Sequence record: ON529850.1 | Length of the DNA: 64,000 nt | Strand: one strand, 5' to 3' | Shown: positions 1 to 7,760 of the stretch, in pieces | How positions within the stretch are numbered: position 1 is the first letter of the stretch | How the letters are laid out: each line of letters opens with the position of its first letter | Made by a program: the position numbers and the translations under genes | The notes under the pieces: generated by a model | Database searches by the model: none | The model's input: the letters and a program-made list of their open reading frames with translations, nothing else | What the model was told of the DNA's origin: nothing

Positions 1-317
1 GGCCCGTCCTTACGCAGATAGTCCCGATAGGCTTCCAAATTGGTCAGGAAGTCCTCATGGATCGCCGTTTCATCCTGGGCCGACGTCAGCAGAAAGCGAC
101 GAATGCCCTGGTTGATCTCGATCACATGGGGTTCAGGCGGCGGGCGGAAGCTGTAGGGATCGCGGGTGACCTTGTTCAGCCGCAACTGCAAGGTCGAACG
201 GGCGACGCCGTAAGCGCGGGAGAAGGCGCGCTGGCCGCCCATCTCGGTGACGATCCGGTCCAGCTCTTCCGGCGTGACCGAATCCAGATCAAAATGGCCT
301 TTGGGCTCAACCGGCAT
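1..317 (-). CDS. Hypothetical phage protein, N-terminal part only (gene runs off the window edge); HTH-like N-terminus
   Basis: Not in the ORF track. ATG at 317 overlaps the methylase stop; the open frame reads MPVEPKGHFDLDSVTPEELDRIVTEMGGQRAFSRAYGVARSTLQLRL...RRFLLTSAQDETAIHEDFLTNLEAYRDYL to the edge. Confidence 0.7.
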   Translation of the reverse strand, partial: MPVEPKGHFDLDSVTPEELDRIVTEMGGQRAFSRAYGVARSTLQLRLNKVTRDPYSFRPPPEPHVIEINQGIRRFLLTSAQDETAIHEDFLTNLEAYRDYLRKDG

Positions 318-1122
318 AGTAGAGCTCCGCCTTGGCGTGAGGCGCCGTGATCGCCTTACGCCAGTCCCAGACATACCAGGCGTAGGAGAAGCGCGGGCTC
401 TTGGACTCTTCGCCTTCCTTCTTCTCCACCCACACCGGACGGAAACGCAGGGTGATCTTGGCGATGAAGGCCGGATGGTCGATCAGATGGGCGCGGCCCT
501 TGGCGGCGTCCCATTCATGGCGCATCAGCATGGCGACGTAGCCCTGCTCCGCCTCCATCAGTTCCAGGGCCTTTTCAACCGCCAGAACCGCTTCCTTGCC
601 GTAAGGCGGGTTGGTGATGATGCAGTCCGGCCGGAACCCGAACGCCTCCTCGACATCCGACATGGAGATCGGACGTTCCGGGGCCGTTCCACCGGCTCCG
701 TCGTCATAGACGCCCTCGGCGTTGGTCGCCTTGTCGATCGCCCGCTCCCAAGCGGCGACCGCAATTTCGTGACTATCCCCATCCGGGTAGATGTTGAAGA
801 AGTCCAGCATCGCCGTCGGGTCGTGACCCTCGTAACGATGGATGTCGCTGGTCGCCGCCAGACGGCACAGAGGGCCGATCAGGTTGGCGATGGCGGCGTT
901 GCCGGCGAAGGGCTCCCAAAACGCCATCTGCTCCAGGTCGTCTTCGACGACCGAGATATAGGCTTGGGTGGCGCGGGGAGGCGTGGGGTAGAAGTCCAGC
1001 GGATTGCGGGGGTAGTTCGTCCCGCCGAGCATGGCGGGGTCGCTTCGCGTGGTCATGTGAAACCGGGGTAACGAGGAACAGGGCGACGCATCGGGCGCGT
1101 CGATCGACACCGTTCCTGTCAC
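307..1122 (-). CDS. Amino (probably N6-adenine) DNA methyltransferase, solitary
   Basis: DFYPTP, SAM-binding-like WEPFAG followed by catalytic NPPY. True start may be 1056 (MTTRSD). Confidence 0.8.
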   Translation of the reverse strand: MTGTVSIDAPDASPCSSLPRFHMTTRSDPAMLGGTNYPRNPLDFYPTPPRATQAYISVVEDDLEQMAFWEPFAGNAAIANLIGPLCRLAATSDIHRYEGHDPTAMLDFFNIYPDGDSHEIAVAAWERAIDKATNAEGVYDDGAGGTAPERPISMSDVEEAFGFRPDCIITNPPYGKEAVLAVEKALELMEAEQGYVAMLMRHEWDAAKGRAHLIDHPAFIAKITLRFRPVWVEKKEGEESKSPRFSYAWYVWDWRKAITAPHAKAELYYAG

Positions 1123-1200
1123 GAAATCCGAAGACCGTCAAGAATTACAACATTCCTAGTCAGGTATGGCGGCATTCCCTATGTGCACAGCCATAAAGTT

Positions 1201-1782
1201 GAAAGGCCCCGATCTCGCGATCGGGGCCTTTTTCATCGTGGCGGGGGCCTCAGTTTTCATCGCGCCGCGAACGGTCACGATCCCGCATCTCTTCGCACCG
1301 GGCGGACCCGGACTACTTTACCGCCGGTCCCCATATGGCGAACCCCGGAGGCAGGGCCTCAAGCGCATCCTACCAGCGCCTCAGCGGTGTGTGAGGAAGG
1401 GCTTCTCACCTCACGATGAACAGTTCGGGCAGATCAGCGGTGCACCGCCGAACTGCCCTGGCAACGCCCGAAGACGCTGGGCGTGGGGAGAAGCGTCACG
1501 CCGGTCCCCGCGCCCCAGCATTACGCCGGCTTGTCAACGAAACGGCCGGTGGGGACTTGCCCGACCGGCCGCTCTTGATCAGGGGAGTGGCGTACCTGTC
1601 CCGATGATCGGTGTCGACGGCGCATGATCGAAGATCAGAGGAGCCGGTCGACTGCTAAACTAAACGCCCCGGCGTTCCAGCTGGGGCCTGCGTGTGGCCT
1701 TACGGTCCATACCGCCTTGGTCCGTTCCAGGAGCCATCCCGCATGTCGCGGTTGTCAGGGTAAAACGCACCTGACTGCGAAG
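1201..1782 (-). ncRNA. Candidate large structured non-coding RNA (~580 nt)
   Basis: Bounded by a perfect promoter and a terminator; no minus-strand ORF of 60 aa or more; many helices and long-range 5'/3' pairings (see findings). Confidence 0.75.
1202..1231 (-). terminator. Intrinsic terminator (possibly bidirectional)
   Basis: 13-bp stem aaaggccccgatc/gatcggggccttt; GNRA loop (GCGA) on the minus strand; T-runs on both sides. Confidence 0.85.
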
Positions 1783-1788
1783 GTGTGT

Positions 1789-1816
1789 ATTATAATGATA
1801 CAACGGTCGCTGTCAA
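1789..1816 (-). promoter_or_regulatory. sigma70-type promoter, perfect consensus
   Basis: Minus strand TTGACA (1816-1811), 16 nt, TATAAT (1794-1789). Confidence 0.85.
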
Positions 1817-1828
1817 GTTTTGAATCGT

Positions 1829-2002
1829 TCAATCCTCGACCGGGGCACAACGACGCCAGAGCCATGTCTTGACGCCGTCCTCGCTTTCGTAGAGGCCGTG
1901 CACCGGGCAATCCTGCCGAACGTAGTCCAGGACGGCGCCATCCGGCGCGTGCAGGGTGATCAAGAGGTGGTTTCCCGCCACCTGGCAATTACAGTCTTCC
2001 AT
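1829..2002 (-). CDS. Small 57-aa protein with CxC...CPxH putative Zn-binding motif
   Basis: Below the ORF-track cutoff. MEDCNCQVAGNHLLITLHAPDGAVLDYVRQDCPVHGLYESEDGVKTWLWRRCAPVED; TGATG stop/start overlap with the o-spanin gene. Confidence 0.7.
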   Translation of the reverse strand: MEDCNCQVAGNHLLITLHAPDGAVLDYVRQDCPVHGLYESEDGVKTWLWRRCAPVED

Positions 2003-2364
2003 CAGTCCCGTCCAAAACGGAAAAAGCGTCGCAGGGTCGATTCGGTCTCACGTCGATACCACTCCGCATAGTCAGCCTTACGCTTGCGCGTTTCGCCCAC
2101 CGTGTCGTAGCAATCCGCCCACGATCCATGCAGTTTTTCGGTGTAGTCTGCCTTGTCAGCGTCAGGACGCGGCAAGCCCGGACCCGGTCGGGCCGGCACG
2201 GCCGGCTGATCGCGGCATTCCGTGATCGACGTCGGGTAGAGGCTGTCAGGGGACAACAACGACGTCGGACGGCTTGCGCACGCGGTCAGCGCCAGGCTCA
2301 TCAGCAGCAGCGCCACCATCAGGCGCCGGCTGGGCTTTTTGGGAGCGTCGGTCGAGGACGGCAT
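2002..2364 (-). CDS. Outer-membrane spanin (Rz1-like lipoprotein)
   Basis: Lipobox LALTAC after a basic/hydrophobic signal; Pro-rich mature region; overlaps the 3' end of the Rz-like gene in another frame; GGAG 6 nt before ATG 2364. Confidence 0.75.
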   Translation of the reverse strand: MPSSTDAPKKPSRRLMVALLLMSLALTACASRPTSLLSPDSLYPTSITECRDQPAVPARPGPGLPRPDADKADYTEKLHGSWADCYDTVGETRKRKADYAEWYRRETESTLRRFFRFGRD

Positions 2365-2779
2365 CTTCATCTCCATGATCGGGGTTTTCCGCCGCAATGG
2401 CGTCGAGGGCGGCGTCGAGTTTCTCACCTTCGGGGGCGGCGTCGATCCGCTCGCGAATACGTTCCTGCTGGGTGCGCCGCGTCTCGCGTTGTGCGGCGCG
2501 ACGTTCCTGCGAAGCCTGCGCCTGCTTGTCGGCCGTTTGCTGCTGAGCGGCGGCGTCCAGCTTACGCTCCAGCGCCTTGGCACGGTCTTCAGTATGGGCG
2601 AACGCCATCACCGCCATAACCAGGCCGGCGATAAACCAGAGCCGGATGTCCCCGGCGAGCTTGAATGCGCGGTCCGGCCCCAGGGTGAAATAGATCAGCG
2701 CGAAAAGCCCGCAGAGGCCTGCGATCGTCCACAAGGTGCCGGGGTTGAACAGAAGCGCCAGAAGGATGGAGCCCATCAA
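2246..2779 (-). CDS. Inner-membrane spanin (Rz-like)
   Basis: N-terminal hydrophobic helices followed by an Ala/Gln/Arg-rich coiled coil; position in the lysis cassette. Confidence 0.7.
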   Translation of the reverse strand: MMGSILLALLFNPGTLWTIAGLCGLFALIYFTLGPDRAFKLAGDIRLWFIAGLVMAVMAFAHTEDRAKALERKLDAAAQQQTADKQAQASQERRAAQRETRRTQQERIRERIDAAPEGEKLDAALDAIAAENPDHGDEDAVLDRRSQKAQPAPDGGAAADEPGADRVRKPSDVVVVP

Positions 2780-3246
2780 CGCCTCCCGCCGAAGTTAACC
2801 GGATGAATCCCAGGGATGTAGCGCGTTCCGTTATAGGTCAGGCATTGACGACGCATGCGCGGATCGAACGAAATATGAACCCACCAGGACCCGTTAGGCT
2901 TGCGCTCGTGGATCAGCTGGTCGAAGTTCAGTGAAGAGCGCTCGATCTCCCGGCAGATCGCCAAGGGATCGCCGAAGCTGGGGCAGACGAAGTCAATCGC
3001 CCAGCCCAGCGCGTGCGCCGAGTTGGACACGCCACCGACGGCGCGATTGACGGCCGGGTTGCGATAGGCGCTGGTGACGGTGATAGGGTTGTCTCCCAGG
3101 ACCCAACGCACCTGCTCCATATGCTGGGCGGTGCGGCGCAGGTTCTCCTGGTGCGCGGGGGTAGGCATGTTGTTGTTCTTCAGGCGGACGGCGGTGTCCG
3201 ACCGGATGAACTCAGCAAGGGTGAAATGGTCGGACAGTCGCATCAA
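2776..3246 (-). CDS. Peptidase M15A-family peptidoglycan peptidase (second endolysin)
   Basis: SAYRNPAVNRAVGG..NSAH, AIDF and WVHIS zinc-peptidase motifs. Confidence 0.88.
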   Translation of the reverse strand: MMRLSDHFTLAEFIRSDTAVRLKNNNMPTPAHQENLRRTAQHMEQVRWVLGDNPITVTSAYRNPAVNRAVGGVSNSAHALGWAIDFVCPSFGDPLAICREIERSSLNFDQLIHERKPNGSWWVHISFDPRMRRQCLTYNGTRYIPGIHPVNFGGRR

Positions 3247-3740
3247 TCCGTCACCTCCGTGGTTTCAGATTTGGTGTAATCAAGGGAAGGCATGGGCCGC
3301 CCTCCCCGATAGTCATTGCGGCCGCCGTATCCTCCGTAGCCTCCGCTGAAATCGTCATCGCCGCCCTTTCCCCCGCCGCCGCCGTAATCGACGTTGCGCG
3401 TGGTGGTGGGATCAACGTCCGGGTCGTCAGCGGTGGTGACCAGGTGCAGGCCCGCGCCGCCCGGTCCTCTCAGCGACAGGCCCTTGATGGTGCCCAGCAT
3501 GGAGATGATCACGAGGGCGAACAGGCCCAGGAAGATGTAGCCGTAGTTGATCAGGCCGCCGATGATCTGCCGCTGATTGTCCGTGTAGAAGACTGCGAAC
3601 ACCACCAGGATGATGATCATCCCGATGAACAGCGGGTAAAGCGAAACCCCCGCCATAATGATCGACACGCGCTGAAGATGATCCGGCCGATCGCACAAGA
3701 CGTCCATCGTCTGGCGCAGCCACAGGAAGAAACGCGACAT
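3243..3740 (-). CDS. Putative holin
   Basis: Two TM segments and a Gly/Asp-rich hydrophilic tail, between the two lytic enzymes; start MSRFFLW at 3740. Confidence 0.6.
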   Translation of the reverse strand: MSRFFLWLRQTMDVLCDRPDHLQRVSIIMAGVSLYPLFIGMIIILVVFAVFYTDNQRQIIGGLINYGYIFLGLFALVIISMLGTIKGLSLRGPGGAGLHLVTTADDPDVDPTTTRNVDYGGGGGKGGDDDFSGGYGGYGGRNDYRGGRPMPSLDYTKSETTEVTD

Positions 3741-3790
3741 GTTTTTGCGCACGCGCAGAGGCGACGGCGTGCCGGGCCAACCGCCGAACA

Positions 3791-4399
3791 TCAGCCGTAG
3801 CTCCAGGCCAAGGCGAGCGAGGACTTGGCGTCCTTGCCGCCATAGACCATCAGTTCAGCCAGTCGGCGACGATACAGCCCCAGGGTCCATCGGCCGTTGG
3901 AGTTCGACCAGCGCGCAAAAGCCAGCTGGATGTTGACGGGCGGCGCCTTGGCCTTCGACTGAGCCGCCAACCCCGACATGGAGATGGTGCCGACCTTACG
4001 CTCGCCGGCGGCGTGCAGGCGCGCAACCGCGCTCGTGCGGAACCCACTGACGCCGATGTTGAAGCACATCGACACCATGGCGTCGAATTCACATTGATAG
4101 GTGCGGGCGTCCGCAACGCGGTTGACCTCGGCGACATAGCGCGCCAGGTCCTGAGTCAGCAGCGCATCCGCCTCCGCCACCGTGATGCGCTGCTTGCCGA
4201 ACATCCGGTGCATCGCCTGACGCGCCAGTTCGTCGGAGCGGGCGCGGCCAAAGATGTCGTAGTCGATGATCTGGCCCGTCGGCGTCGTCAAGGCGTGACC
4301 CCAACCGACGGTGGCGACGTGGGCGGAGCAGTAATAGACCTCCGGCTCGAATTGCTCCGTGGACTGAATGAGCTTCAGCCCTTCAGGGGAAATCTGCAT
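3791..4399 (-). CDS. Endolysin, GH24 (phage lysozyme) family
   Basis: E...Y...A.VATVGWGH catalytic region; FDAMVSMCFNIG; LYRRRLAE. Confidence 0.9.
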   Translation of the reverse strand: MQISPEGLKLIQSTEQFEPEVYYCSAHVATVGWGHALTTPTGQIIDYDIFGRARSDELARQAMHRMFGKQRITVAEADALLTQDLARYVAEVNRVADARTYQCEFDAMVSMCFNIGVSGFRTSAVARLHAAGERKVGTISMSGLAAQSKAKAPPVNIQLAFARWSNSNGRWTLGLYRRRLAELMVYGGKDAKSSLALAWSYG

Positions 4400-4437
4400 G
4401 GAAGTCGGGCGCCGCTGGTAGTCAAAAATACCGACAT

Positions 4438-4466
4438 ATTATGCCAGAACAGTTGACAACGGTCAA
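4438..4466 (-). promoter_or_regulatory. sigma70-type promoter of the lysis cassette
   Basis: TTGACC, 17 nt, CATAAT on the minus strand; overlaps the palindrome TTGAC-N4-GTCAA (4453-4466). Confidence 0.7.
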
Positions 4467-4474
4467 GGAATCGT

Positions 4475-5302
4475 CTATCGGCGCGCCGCCAGCGCGCGGT
4501 GCATTTCCAGCGCCTGGTTGAAACGCGGGAGCGCCAAACCCGTCCCGTAGGACCACAGATGATCCTGGTAGCGACGCCAACCGAACGATCCGATCTCGAT
4601 GCCGGCCAGCGTCAGATCGAACCCCTCTTCGGTCTTCTCGCTCTCCAGACCGTCCTCAGGCGCGCCCAGATGCACAGCCAAGGCGTAGGCGTCCGCCAGC
4701 ATCGTCTTCCACCCGATGTCGGTGATCGCTGTGTTGTCGTAAAGCTCGACCTTCATGAAGGTCGGGAAATGCAGCGCGTCGTAGTCATCCCCCATGCGGA
4801 AGCAGGGCGTGCAGGCGACGAATCGTCCTTTCCCCAGCTGCCCGGAAAGGTCCAGATGAAGGAAGGACTGTTCCGATGAGCCGACCAGGGCGCCCAGCCC
4901 TTCGACCCGCGCCGTGAACTCGGGCTTAGGGCAGGTGATGGCGACGCTTTCCTCCGACACCGCCCACGGCGCCTCGACATAGCTATAGCCGGCGTCCTTA
5001 TAGAAGGCGATCGCCTGACCCAACCAGGCGTAGTCGATAGGCGGCAGGGTCGGCAGATCACGATGCGTGTCCCGCAGCGGATGCTGCATCTGGGCTTCCG
5101 CCACCAACCACTCCGCCTTCGCCGCCAGTTCGGCGTTGTAGAACCAGGGCTTAGAGTGGTGTTTCACCAGATCACCCAGTTTCACCGTCGGGTGAAAATA
5201 GGCGGAAAAGATCGTCGCCTTCTCCCCTTCGGTGAAGTCCAGATCGTAAAGATAGAGCTCACGCCAGTCAGCGACGTCGACCATTGCGAAACGCCCTTTC
5301 AT
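4475..5302 (-). CDS. Class II aminoacyl-tRNA synthetase-like catalytic domain protein (no anticodon-binding domain)
   Basis: Motif-1-like FYKDAGYSYVEAP, motif-2-like TPCFR...HFPTFMKVEL, EIGSFG, motif-3-like GTGLALPRF. Confidence 0.75.
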   Translation of the reverse strand: MKGRFAMVDVADWRELYLYDLDFTEGEKATIFSAYFHPTVKLGDLVKHHSKPWFYNAELAAKAEWLVAEAQMQHPLRDTHRDLPTLPPIDYAWLGQAIAFYKDAGYSYVEAPWAVSEESVAITCPKPEFTARVEGLGALVGSSEQSFLHLDLSGQLGKGRFVACTPCFRMGDDYDALHFPTFMKVELYDNTAITDIGWKTMLADAYALAVHLGAPEDGLESEKTEEGFDLTLAGIEIGSFGWRRYQDHLWSYGTGLALPRFNQALEMHRALAARR

Positions 5303-5534
5303 TGATGTCCGCCATGATCTCCAGGTCTCGCATGATCAGGGTCGGATGATGGTGCGCCAGATAGGCGCGCATCGCGCCGTAGAGGTCCGCCAACTCCACC
5401 AGGGCCATCACACGGCAGTCCTGGGCGCAGGCGTCTATGAACTCGGCGCACTCTTCAGCGACCTTGGACGGTTGACCTAATTCGCCTTTGACGATGGGGG
5501 TCAGGTGATAGCCGGGGAGGAGTTCCGTATCCAT
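5268..5534 (-). CDS. MazG-like / all-alpha NTP pyrophosphohydrolase-like protein
   Basis: KVAEECAEF...ELADLYG acidic helical motif; GGAG RBS before MDTELL. Confidence 0.65.
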   Translation of the reverse strand: MDTELLPGYHLTPIVKGELGQPSKVAEECAEFIDACAQDCRVMALVELADLYGAMRAYLAHHHPTLIMRDLEIMADINERAFRNGRRR

Positions 5535-5592
5535 ACTCCTCCCTAGCCATTTCAATATCATCCGTCAATAATCCCAACGCACTTTGTTGGGA

Positions 5593-6675
5593 TTACTGGG
5601 TGACCTTCCACCCGAACTCAGCGGCGTTGACTTCCGCGACCGTCCAGTTGCCGCCGCCGGGGCGCGGCACGATGGACTGCTCCGCCCGATACCCCGTCGT
5701 CATGTCGATCATGACCGCTCGGGGCGTGCCGTCTGCTTCCGTGCCCGACAGACGCGCAACAGGTGCCACCTTGCGCGGCGACATGCCGGTAGTCTTCATC
5801 GTCGTCACCGAGACAACCGCATGCACCGTCGCGGACGTGGCGGACGAATCGGCGAAGACATAGGTGTCCTTATTGCCCACCGTGTTGATCGCCGTGTAGG
5901 AGGTGTTGCCGTTCGGAACAACTTCCGACACCGCCTGCCAGGGCGTCGCTGCGCCCGTTGCGGTCGACTGCGTCGTGGTGCCCGGCCCGGTCGGCCGCAG
6001 GGTCTCCATCACAATGTCGCCCAGGAAGCCGTTCATCGTCGATCCGGATGAATCCAGGATCAGGAAGTCGTCCAGACGCCAGAACGAGCTGGTGTGATAC
6101 CCGACAGTATAGACCGTCTTGGCCCCTGCCGTATAGAGATCGCCCGTGAAGCTGATCGCGGTTTCTCCATTGACACGGATTTCCGCCGTTGCGCCGACAT
6201 CGTCAATGTTCGCGACGCGCATCTCAATTCGCTTCCACTCGGTCAATGGCAACGGCGTGGTGGCGGTCGCCAAAAGGACACCGGTTCGGTAAAGGGTGAC
6301 GCAGTTGTTCGTATCGATCGAAACCGTGAGCCACGTCTCTGTCGCCGCCGCCCATGGCCCGCCGCCGGTTGTCGGCGCCTGAGGCCCGATATTCATGACG
6401 CTCATCACAGGCCGAACAACCGTCGGCGTCTCAGCCAGGAAGACGCTCACGCTACAGATCACAGCGTCCTGCCCCACCCCCGCCAAGGGCGTCGGAAGCA
6501 TCTTGCACAACATCCCCTGGTTCGAGTTCGTGCGGTTGATGCACGGGCCTCCCAATCTTCCGCCCGTCGCGGAAATCGCCATGTAGCTGGAGTTGGTCGT
6601 ATAGGCATCCCAGCGGTAGGTCAGGTCCGCGATAGCGGCGACCGAATCCATAGGGTCGCTAAAAATATGAGCCAT
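5593..6675 (-). CDS. Virion/tail-associated protein, lectin (LamG/ConA)-like beta domain
   Basis: Last gene of the tail-fibre block; start MAHIFSD overlaps the upstream stop; beta-rich, WKRIEMRV. Confidence 0.55.
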   Translation of the reverse strand: MAHIFSDPMDSVAAIADLTYRWDAYTTNSSYMAISATGGRLGGPCINRTNSNQGMLCKMLPTPLAGVGQDAVICSVSVFLAETPTVVRPVMSVMNIGPQAPTTGGGPWAAATETWLTVSIDTNNCVTLYRTGVLLATATTPLPLTEWKRIEMRVANIDDVGATAEIRVNGETAISFTGDLYTAGAKTVYTVGYHTSSFWRLDDFLILDSSGSTMNGFLGDIVMETLRPTGPGTTTQSTATGAATPWQAVSEVVPNGNTSYTAINTVGNKDTYVFADSSATSATVHAVVSVTTMKTTGMSPRKVAPVARLSGTEADGTPRAVMIDMTTGYRAEQSIVPRPGGGNWTVAEVNAAEFGWKVTQ

Positions 6676-7760
6676 TAAGTCGGACTCCGAATGATGGTGA
6701 TGTCTTGATGGGTCGACCGAACGGAATCCGCCAATCGAAACTGCACGCAACTGATGCTGGCGTGAGTAACTCTAGGCCCCGCTGCATCACGTTGAGAGAT
6801 GACGTTGAGATATTCTTGGGTAACCCGAATAGGTTGAGGATCATCCGGGTAAGCGTGGATCACCAGAGCGCCTGGATACCCCGCTACCGTCCTTTCACCC
6901 CCATATCCGACAAAATTTCCAGGGTAGTCGGCATCGGCAATATTGGCGGGCACCGTTGTGATGTCGGCGATTGTGAACTTCGGCGCTTGGTGAAATGCGT
7001 CTGAAGGGATGATGAAGGACGACCCGCCTCCGCCATGTCCGGTATAAAGGCTGTCCAGGTAATAGGCCCCGCCTCCGCCATAGTATCCGCCGCCACCGCC
7101 GCCGCCGGCGCGATTCTCCGCCGTATCAATCTGATTGGCGTAGCCTCGGCCCCCTTGAAGGAATCCACCGCGCCCCGCCGGATTCTCAATAAGCGCCGCT
7201 TCAGGCAGAGGCACGCCTCCCTCCGTCGTTCCTCCCCCCGTTGCCTGTGCGGAACTCCCGCCGAAAGGCGCGTTCACCCCGCCCGCGATGCCGCCTCGGC
7301 CCGCGCCGCTGAGATATACGCCGCCGCCTCCGCCACCCCCCGCGACCAGAGACAAGACGCCGGATTTCCAGAACATGGTGGAGCCGCCGCCGCCGCTCGC
7401 GCGCGATCCGCGACCACGCCCACCATTCCCGCCGTCAGGCCAACCGCCATACCCGCCTCGTGAGGACCCCGCCGTGTCCACGCCCAGTTCACCGCCGCTG
7501 CCTACTTGTATTGCAACAACGTCTCCGGGCGTGACTTCGAACATGTGGTTCGCATAACCGCCCGCGCCGCCCGCTCCCCAAAGATCGTTGCGAACAGGGC
7601 CAGCTCCCCCCGATCCCCAGGCCTTGATTTCAATCAGGCGACAGCCTTCCGGAATGCGGCGAAATTCCCGCGTGCGCGTGAAGGTGAACAAGGTCATCCC
7701 CAACGCCAGCATAGGCGCCAGGGCAGACCGGGCCGCCGCGTAAAACCCAGGAATAATCAT
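6675..7760 (-). CDS. Glycine-rich domain virion protein (one GGWPDGG module)
   Basis: KAWGSGG...GGWPDGG...GGGGST...GGGGGGGYYGGGG module also found in the 2660-aa and 3020-aa proteins. Confidence 0.75.
   Translation of the reverse strand: MIIPGFYAAARSALAPMLALGMTLFTFTRTREFRRIPEGCRLIEIKAWGSGGAGPVRNDLWGAGGAGGYANHMFEVTPGDVVAIQVGSGGELGVDTAGSSRGGYGGWPDGGNGGRGRGSRASGGGGSTMFWKSGVLSLVAGGGGGGGVYLSGAGRGGIAGGVNAPFGGSSAQATGGGTTEGGVPLPEAALIENPAGRGGFLQGGRGYANQIDTAENRAGGGGGGGYYGGGGAYYLDSLYTGHGGGGSSFIIPSDAFHQAPKFTIADITTVPANIADADYPGNFVGYGGERTVAGYPGALVIHAYPDDPQPIRVTQEYLNVISQRDAAGPRVTHASISCVQFRLADSVRSTHQDITIIRSPT

Noticed and set aside
1201-1782. RNase P RNA, tmRNA, or group I/II intron identity for the 580-nt RNA
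   Set aside because: No GAGGAAAGUCC/P4 partner, no tRNA-like ends, no domain V or P7 consensus seen; not assigned to GOLLD or ROOL without a covariance search.
1166-1872. Plus-strand ORFs over the ncRNA candidate (1166-1627, 1183-1419, 1416-1607, 1624-1872)
   Set aside because: Opposite to the promoter and terminator orientation and to all real genes; no protein-like features. They cannot be fully excluded without Ribo-seq.
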